This document shows positions 55,649 through 64,000 of a stretch of 64,000 nucleotides of DNA, piece after piece (the stretch's first letter is position 1; every line of letters starts with the position of its first letter). The stretch is from the NCBI GenBank assembly GCA_023213395.1, contig CM041465.1:73849741-73913740 (forward strand), given 5' to 3'. The notes under the pieces are model-generated. The model saw nothing but the letters and a program-made list of their open reading frames with translations, was not told where the DNA came from and did not search any database. A program made the translations under genes and the position numbers. This stretch comes from Cycas panzhihuaensis (Eukaryota > Plantae > Cycadophyta).

Positions 55649-57199
55649 TTTGAAAGTAATTTAATCAATAAGAAAATGATGATAAGATCAAGTAGAAATC
55701 TTGAATAAACAATGAGATATAAACTAGAATTTTCTTTAAAATTTTGAACGAAGACAAGCTTGTTAGGATGTATATATATACTCAACTTTAATGATTGAAA
55801 ACTATATTGAAAGAGGTCGAATAGCTTAAAATTTTATCAATATGTAGATTGCTGAAATGTGAATCCAATAAGACAGACGGTTTTGAAAAATGATACCAAT
55901 AAGTCACGTTTTGAATGATGCTAAGAAAAGGACCTCCTTATGGAGCCTAACAGGAGCAAGGTAGGCAAAAATTGTATAAAAGTACTAATTAATCCTTAGA
56001 AAAGCTGAACAAATGATCAAATATTATTGATGAAGTAATTAATATTCTGCCAATTGAAAATTTTGAAAGAATATATTAAACAGGTGTAAAAAAAGAGCAG
56101 ATTTAGGCCAATAAAATAACTCAAATTTAGCTGATTTGAAATATAAGCAAAAAGTGTCAAAATATATGAAAAAATATATCACAGTGAAGAGAAATGAGTC
56201 AGCTTCCCAACGTGGCGGAAATGAAATCGATAAAAATTGCAAAAGTTATAGTGAAAAATGTGACAAGTGTCTTTATGGAGAATGTTCAAGAAACAGGCAA
56301 AAACAACTAATTTTCTTATTTTAGCGATTAAAATATTGGTGAAAATGAACTCAAAGAATTGAAATAAAAAATGGGTATTAAAGCCTATATGACAGAGATC
56401 GCTATAGAGAAACTTTGGGCACAAAACAATTTACCAAAAATAAATGACAGCCAATTCTAAAACCGATTTTGTTAAAAATGTAAAAAACGCTGAAATTTCG
56501 AAAGTCCAATGTTAAAAAGGTTGAAACAAGGTCAAATGGGCACCAAATTGGTCTTATGACCAGTCGAAATCGATCTACGGAAAATTTCTAATCTAATGGC
56601 GCAGGTTTCGTCTGAAACCGATGGGCCAAATAGAAGTTATGGCCTCAAAAACGCCAATAACCCTATAGAAAAATAATTTTTTTTTTTAAAATAAGGTTTA
56701 AAGTTGAAAAACACTTAGTAAAAGGTGTCTTAGGATAGACTGCGCTGGGATTGAACCCAAGACCAGTCCGGAAACAGGAAACCTCCGATGCCAGGAGGGT
56801 GAACTCGCTCGTCAGGATGAAAAACACAACTTAATACTATTAAAACTGGATTTTTAAAGCATAAACGCACAAGCCAAATACAATAATGAATGAATATAAT
56901 GCCGCAATAATGATCAATATGATGAACTCAATATGAATGGAACAGAAAGGAGGGGCGCACAATAATACACAAATATTAACACAAATATTTGAACTCAATA
57001 AACCATCCGAATGCAATAAATAAAGAATACGGACAATCAATATGTGTCAATAATCAAATATCGCAAATATACTATAACCCCAAATCTGAATATATATTAT
57101 AATCAAAAGCTGACGCTAAACAGATCTCAATCAATACAAGTACAGATCTCTCAAATCTCAATATATCCAATAACGCCCAAAAAAAACGACGCCAAACGG

Positions 57200-58060
57200 A
57201 CCTCGATAAATGGCGAGATAGCTCGCAATGCCGAATAGGGCTCGTGAAGGGGCCGAAAGCCGGGAAGGGTAGGGCCCGTGAAGGGGCCGGAAGCCGTGAA
57301 GGGCACAGAGGGGCGACGCAGAGGCGCAGACCAGGGCCGTGAAGGGGGAAAACAGCAGACCCGTGAAGGGCAAAAGAGCAGTCCTTAACAGGAATACGAT
57401 TGCTACGCGAGGAATCCCAATGAAAAAACAGATCACGGAGGGGGCGACGCCGATTGCTACGAATCCCGAGGCGCTCAACGGCAGCCGGAGCGCGGGGCGA
57501 CGCAGCGCGCCGATGGAGGGCTCGGCGCAGAGACCGAGGCCGCGGGCGGGCCGATGGAGGGCTCGGCGCAGAGGCCGAGGCAACCGGCCGCGGGCGGATC
57601 GCCACCGCAGAGAGGCAGCGCGCCGATGATGCGCAGAACCGGACGTGACCGGACGTGAAATCAAATGGCGAGGGGGACAGAGAGAATAGAGGGCGAGGGC
57701 GGCGACGGATCAGTGGCCAGAACGAAGGCGGGCGGCGGCGGATCGGTGGCCACAGAGCGAAGGCGGCGGCGGCGGAAGATCGCGAGCACACGCGTCTGCA
57801 CGCAGGCGATGGCGAGAGGCGGAGGCAACCCACGAGGGAGCTTATGGCCGATAATAATAATAATAAGCGGCGATCAGCGGGCGGAGCAGCGTATTGAAGA
57901 AGCGGCGTATACGACCACAGCACGGAGAGGCAAAGCGAGCGGTGGCGTAATGAAGTGTTGGAGGACGGAGCTAACAGAGACGGCTAGCGTGGGGACCAAC
58001 GACTTTGGGAGTATGAGCGATTGCGGTGAGTTAATGAGATGTGCTGCGTTAGCTTGCCAA
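57200..58060. repeat. CpG-rich island with short direct repeats in the TC leader
   Basis: Repeats of ccgtgaaggg, gccgatggagggctcggcgcagag x2, accggacgtg x2, and (ggc)n, against a very AT-rich background. Confidence 0.85.
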
Positions 58061-61000
58061 GTCTAAAGTGTGCTGCTGTGTTAAGTGTTAAAGCAGGGAG
58101 ATGATACACAGAAGAGACAAGTAAAGAGCAAGTTCAGACAGGCTGAAACAAAAGAATAATATCCAGTTACTCACTTTGAAGCAGTTGTCTTGAATTTGGA
58201 AGATGTAGTCAAGAGCGTGGGTTCCACTCAAACGGCTTTTCTTCAGCTTTTTCAATTTTTTTTGTCAAAGGATGTATGCAAAAACACATAGGCTTCCCAA
58301 GTTGAGAGAAGGCTGTTTCAATCTATCTTTGTATCGTGCATAAGAGAAGGACTCGACCATGCACCGAGATTAAAGCCACCTTTGTAAACTTCAAAGATGG
58401 CAAACAAACAAACAAAACTTGAGGACAAATCTTGTAGGGAGGCGAGATTAAATGAAAAGCTCCTTTATGTTGGTATTGCAGAGAGTGATGAAGAAATCAA
58501 TGGATTGAATATAGGATTGCAAATAATTTCTTGTATTCTCGAATATTTCAAGAAAAGCATATATTTGTACAATATAAATCTGATTTATAAATCTTTTATG
58601 CTTTTATCATGTAACTATCGAATATTGGCTTGCATATCTGAAATTTCTTCAAATAATAATGTGCCAAGCAATGAATGTCATAAGCAAAAATGCAAGAACA
58701 AATCTCACAAGTAAGAGCAAGTGATTCTTGACAAGAAAAAGTGATAGAAGTTGCTCAATGAAGCTGAACCACAGTTATATATTACCTTATTTCAATCAAT
58801 ACAATGCACAAGTTTTTTCGAATAGTGTATCTAAAATCTTTTTCAAATGTATCTTGCAGTAGATATATTAGAAATATATATGCAAATCTGAAAAAATGTA
58901 ATCAAAGAACCTGGTAGTGTAGCTGATTTGCAGACTTGTAGCAGGTTAACCCTTACATATGAGATCTTCAAACGTTCAAGTGTATTCCCCAACAAATAGA
59001 TCTGCTGCATATACTTCTTCGAATGGCTGAAAATGCCTCAAAAGTTGCAGATATGCAATTGCTATCTTTTGTAGATTGAAATATCGCTTGTAGCTAGAAA
59101 AAGCTTTTATGAATCTGCACAAATCTTGTGAAATAACACTGAATATACTCGTTATATCATAAAAATAACCCAATGATGAGTGAATCTATTGAAAAAAATA
59201 TAATAAATCTGTTGAAAGACTTGTAGAAGATATCACCAGATGATGAAAAGTCTCAGATCTGAAGTGAGACCCAGTAGATCTGCAAAAATATTATGTAAAT
59301 GTTGTAGATCTGGCCTTAGTATAGCAGATCTATAGCAAAAATATCACAGATATGAACAAATATAATAGAAACTATTGAAAACTTGTTGAAATAAGTAGAT
59401 TTATAGTAAAAAATAGCAGATCTAAAGTAACAAATTGTAGATCTCTGAAAAAACTTGATAACTTTTATATGCAACTGACGCTCTTTTGCAAATCTGCAAA
59501 AAAATATCAAATAAGCAGATAAAAAGGCTTGTAAACTGTCAAGATATATGATAAATCTGTAACTCTGAAGAGAAAATAACTTGAATATGAGAATAAAACT
59601 TGAAAGTATATAGCTTGCTGCTGAAAAATCCTTTGTAGATCTGCACAAATCTGAAAATAAATCTCAGTAATATTTGTTGAACCAGAAATATAGCTCAATA
59701 ATAATGAAAATCTGCTAAAATAATATATAAAACTTGCTAAAAATTTTAAAAAACCAATCTAGTTAATATATATTGCTTGTAAAAGAAATCTGTTGTAGAA
59801 TGCCAGTAGATCTTGGTGCTCTTCTTCAAAGCTTAAAGGTCGTGATCGCGCTCTCGATACCAAATGATGGAAAAAATATGGAGCCACAATGCTCTGATAC
59901 CAAATGATGGAAAATATGCTTGCAAACTATGAGCCAAACTAAGCTCTGATACCAAATGAAGGAAATATACTTGCAAGACTAACATGTTAGAACATATATC
60001 AAATAAGTATAAACTAGTATTGCATCAATACAGCAGTGTATCACCATTACAATAGCATAAACACATGAGAGCCTTGTTGTTCAATCCATTGTAGTAGAAT
60101 GAGTATTACAAATCTTCCTCAAAAGTAGGTGGTGTCTAAAGACACCAGGGTTGTACACCCCTTAACATTTATAGTTTGGGGAGGAGGAAACTCCTCAACC
60201 CACAATTCAAATTAATAATAAAATAATACTAACTTAACTCAAATGAAACTAACTCAACTTACCTTAACTTACCTGGACATGTTGAGCATCACATGTCTAA
60301 ATTGAGGTGCACAATCCTGGTAGGTAAGAGGGAGTTGAGTGATGACATTACACCCAACATTTAAGAATGGGTTCCTGCAAGTCAAGATTTTAATGTACAA
60401 ATGATATGACCCCCTTTTTGGGGCTTAACAAGATTCAAGGGCTCAAAAGATCATGAAATACTAATAAAAACCTTATAAAACAATGTAAAATGATCAAATA
60501 TAATTTAAAGAGCTGCTTAATATGCTTTAAGTCAATAAACTTCAGAAATAATGTATAAAAACATTTAATAATGACAAACTAGGAGCTTTTATATACCTCA
60601 ACTTTAATAGTTTGAAGCACCTACAAAATAGACTCAAAATGAAATAAAAATAACTTAAAAGTATAGATCTCTAAAAAATCTTTCACCAAAATTAGACGAT
60701 ACTCAATTATAAGCTATGAAACTCAAGATATTAAAGAAACCATTAAAAGTGTCATTCTAAGGTTAATAAAATAGGTAACACAAATAAGGTCAACTTTGAT
60801 CTGCTTAAACCTGCAAGATAATTAGTTAAATTAAGTAAAAAATACTTTCAAGTAGTAGTTCTAGGAATCAAGATTCTAATGAATCTCACAGTTTGGAAAT
60901 TTGATTTTTGGTTGAGGAGATACAATTGAAAATGTAAGTAGTACTTTTTATGTAAATATGTTAAAAAACACTAAAGTATCACTTTCACCGATTAAAATAA

Positions 61001-64000
61001 TGATTAAATCAAATCCTAAAAAATAAAATAAGTAGACAGTAATGAAGTTTATTGAAAATAGATTGATATAGAGTAGATTTGGGTAAAAAATAATCTCTCA
61101 GTGATAAAATATAACTTGATAAAGAAGAGATTTTGTGATAATAACTCAAAAAGGTTTAAAAAAAAATGATTGAGACTTTATCTCACTAAAATTAGCTCAA
61201 ATTGGCTTCAAATATGGTAAATAACTAGTCTAAACTATAGCCCACAAAATTCTAGACTTAATGGAATAGGTTTCGTTAGAAACTGATATCCTAGTGAGAA
61301 GATATTGCAAAAAATAGTCAGGTACCTTATGTTTTAAGAAAAAAATTAAAAAATAAAAAAGAAAATAGTTTATAACTAGAGATAAGCCCCTTTAAAGGTA
61401 GTTACAGGACATATGGAGCAACACGAAATCAAGGGCTAAACGTTGAAGGGAGCTTATGAACTTTACCAATGGATTTCAAAACAATATATAATAGATTTTG
61501 ATTAAAATTAACTTTATAAAAACGTTAATACGCCATATTTCAGCAAACTGCATAACTAACCAGAGACAAAATAACAACTAAAAGTGCTTAATCAGGTCGA
61601 ATCTCTACACAAAGAGAGAGGCAATAGATCCACAAACTGCATCAGATTAGAAACGTGTAAAAAAATAATAACAAAATTTAAAATATATATGTATATTAAG
61701 AGAAAAATGAAGAATATCTGTGGCACACTGAGAAGAGAGTGAAATGGTAAACACAGAGAATGAAACAACCTCAGATCTGAGCTGAAATCTATCCATGGGG
61801 GGTGGCCGAGTAAGGAGACTCAGAATGTATAAAATTTTTTAAAGAAATTTTAGGGAAAAATATGAGAAACTGATGAAAAACCTGATAAAATAGAGCTGAG
61901 GCTAGCTCTCACTCTACAAGCCATGAAATGAGGTGAAATTTGATAAGTAACAAGGTGTCTTGGGTAGTAAGGAGCTAGTAAAATTTCACGTCGATCTGTT
62001 GCTTGTGCATTGAGAATGAGCTTACAGACCGAATGGGAGCCAAATAGAGTAGCAGTCGATCAATATGAGAAATCTCTCTATATAATCAATAAAATCTCAG
62101 ACTATTTCTTTCACTAGCTCTTGGGCTCAATTAAATTTTTATATAAAAAATTAAAAAATATATCAACAGAAAGATGCACTTAGAGGGAAAAATTCAATAG
62201 GTTAGATCTCACCAATGGAGAAACGAAATCTGATGAAATTAGAGGAGTAGCTTGATATAGTTGATGGAAAGATTCCTGTTAAATTTCATAACAAACATAT
62301 GCTTATATGCAGGGAATGAAGCTCTAGTTCCCAGGGAGATTATGCACCTTTGTAGAGATCGTGTAGCCTAAGAAATGCTTAAAATTAGGCTGAACTTGCT
62401 TGGTCTATTTTGTATCAGACCTTCACCCCTATCACACATAAAATCTGATGAAAAAAGAAGCCAAAATGATCAAATGAGAGAAGGGGAAGTGGGGTTTTAT
62501 TGCCAAAAAATATAGCTAAGCTTTTGAGAGGGAGATCTCTTTGTCAGAGCATCAAAAATTAAAACTGTCAAATCTAATACGAACCTGACTTATAGAGCTT
62601 CGAAATGATTGGTTATTTGCTAGGGTTTCATTCACCGTGGAGATTGCACCAGCCTGTAAAATCATAAGTTCCTTACCAAACCTTGAATGAATGGTGAATA
62701 GATAATAAAATCTTACAAAATATCAAATAAAAACTCAGTATAACTTCTTCAAAAAACCTGTTGGCCGAATATATAGCAATTATTTCATAGATCTGAAAAA
62801 ATATTGAGTAAATAGACTAAATATACAAAAAATAGTCTAATATTTAACAAAATATGTAAAACTTATTAATAAAAACTTGGTAGAGTGATGAGATCTTAAA
62901 TATTTACTGATTATAATTGTGATCCTACACAAATCTATGAAAATATGGGTTATTTTATAAATATAAATAAAAAATAATCAAAATTTTAATAGAAAATATT
63001 ATAAGAAACTGCTTATAAGATTTACAGAAAATGAATAGAACTAGTATTTGGCTTTCCGTGAGTAGATCTGCCTAAAAAATTAATGGATCTTCTTACTTTA
63101 CAAAAAAATGACTTTAACGGGATAAATGAAGATGCAACATACCAGTAATTTATGCTCTCATACTAAATGAAGGTTTGTAAAATGAAGACAGAGTGGAGCA
63201 GATATCAAATAATCAACACATAAACACAATAATCTTTGTATTCAATCTATCTTTGAGAGAGTATTATAAATGTCTAAAAATGAAGGTGGTATCAAAAGAC
63301 ACTAGGGTTTGTCACCCTAGTAAAGATATAGTTTGAGGGAGGAGGGAAACCTCCTCAACCTCCAAAATTTAAAATATAATAAAATAATGCTTAACTAAAG
63401 TAACTTTAGGCTTACCTTACTTACCTTCATATGTGTGCACTCACATGCATAAATGGTAGGAGTGGGGTGATAAATATTAACCCCAACAATAACATGATTC
63501 TAATATGTAGTACACTGAATTGCCTTTTCAACAAATTAGACAGTTTGAAAAACAGAGTTCGTATGACAAAGTTATTATAGAAGCTGTAAATAGGTCTCTT
63601 TATGGCTAGTAAGATAATAACTGAAAGAAATGGTCATTTTGTCCAATTAAAACTTATCTTAAACAATAAAACATTTGACAAATAATAATTTTATGCTGTA
63701 GCATTATGAAATATGGTCTCAATGAGATCAATTTCACCAAAATTGGATATGCTAATGATGAGATACACTGTTAAATGGATAATGTCTCTTAGGATAATTT
63801 TATAAAGAAAACTTTAATAAATCAAATTATCCCCTTTTAATAATTTGGGTGCATGGTCACATTGGGTTGTTTTAAACTAAAAATCAGATGTTGGTGGGGG
63901 CAGCAGACCTCAAACATCCAGAAGATATCTATCAATAGCTGAAGGCACCCAAAAAGAAAAACACTCTTTAAAAAAAAGAAGAAATCAGTCTATTAAAAAA

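Larger units (their letters stand above)
54453..60359 (-). mobile_element. TC: young non-autonomous gag-only element nested in TB
   Basis: Near-identical LTRs 54453-54945 and 59865-60359 (about 5 substitutions and 2 indels by eye), perfect TSD tttaa, PPT 54946-54957, PBS 59850-59862. Confidence 0.97.
52412..63488 (-). mobile_element. TB: non-autonomous gag-only element nested in TA
   Basis: 321-bp LTRs 52412-52732 and 63168-63488, perfect TSD ataac, PBS 63154-63165, PPT 52733-52745. Confidence 0.93.
50574..64000 (-). mobile_element. TA: non-autonomous Copia-derived gag-only element (3' LTR 50574-50910; leader split by TB, continuing from 63494 out of the window)
   Basis: LTR starts tgaagg like TB and TC and shares their motifs. 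PPT at 50911-50923; gag remnant 50943-51604. Confidence 0.75.

Noticed and set aside
56736-56820. tRNA gene
   Set aside because: No full cloverleaf or anticodon arm; T-loop geometry is non-canonical.
57982-58006. ASVGTNDF resembling GDSL lipase block III
   Set aside because: Too short, with no flanking support.
57072-58066. Several long overlapping ORFs (283, 168, 133 aa etc.)
   Set aside because: Arg/Pro/Ala/Ser low-complexity products on both strands of a GC-rich repeat island; stop-codon scarcity explains them.

Overview
AT-rich plant (probably seed-plant) heterochromatin-like window made almost entirely of nested, C-to-T-decayed LTR retrotransposons; no intact host gene was found. Reconstructed nesting: (i) CRM-like Gypsy G1 (+, ~1.1-6.7 kb), whose 3' LTR is interrupted by Tekay-like Gypsy G2 (-, 6678-~39690); (ii) in G2's 3' LTR sits Copia C1 (-, 7322-21909), and in C1's 5' leader an inverted sister Copia C2 (+, 12628-20135); (iii) in G2's RNase H sits a gag-protease-only Gypsy G3 (+, 26299-35427) that contains Gypsy G4 (-, 28739-34639); (iv) an orphan Copia LTR, Gypsy G5 (+, 41232-46724), and a three-level nest of related non-autonomous gag-only Copia-derived elements TA>TB>TC (-, 50574 to beyond the window). 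Most interesting: C1 and C2 share a conserved antisense promoter-like module (18-19 nt G tract, TATA run, GGGTCCGAGG, telo-box AAACCCTACCT, ATG) in their ~2 kb leaders, and behind it each carries a different cassette. In C2 the cassette contains recognisable captured host fragments: a MAP kinase and a MATH/TRAF1-like protein. Also notable: the LTRs of TC have grown by absorbing two extra PBS/att units, and related elements repeatedly inserted into the same leader zone. All alignments and family calls were made by eye.
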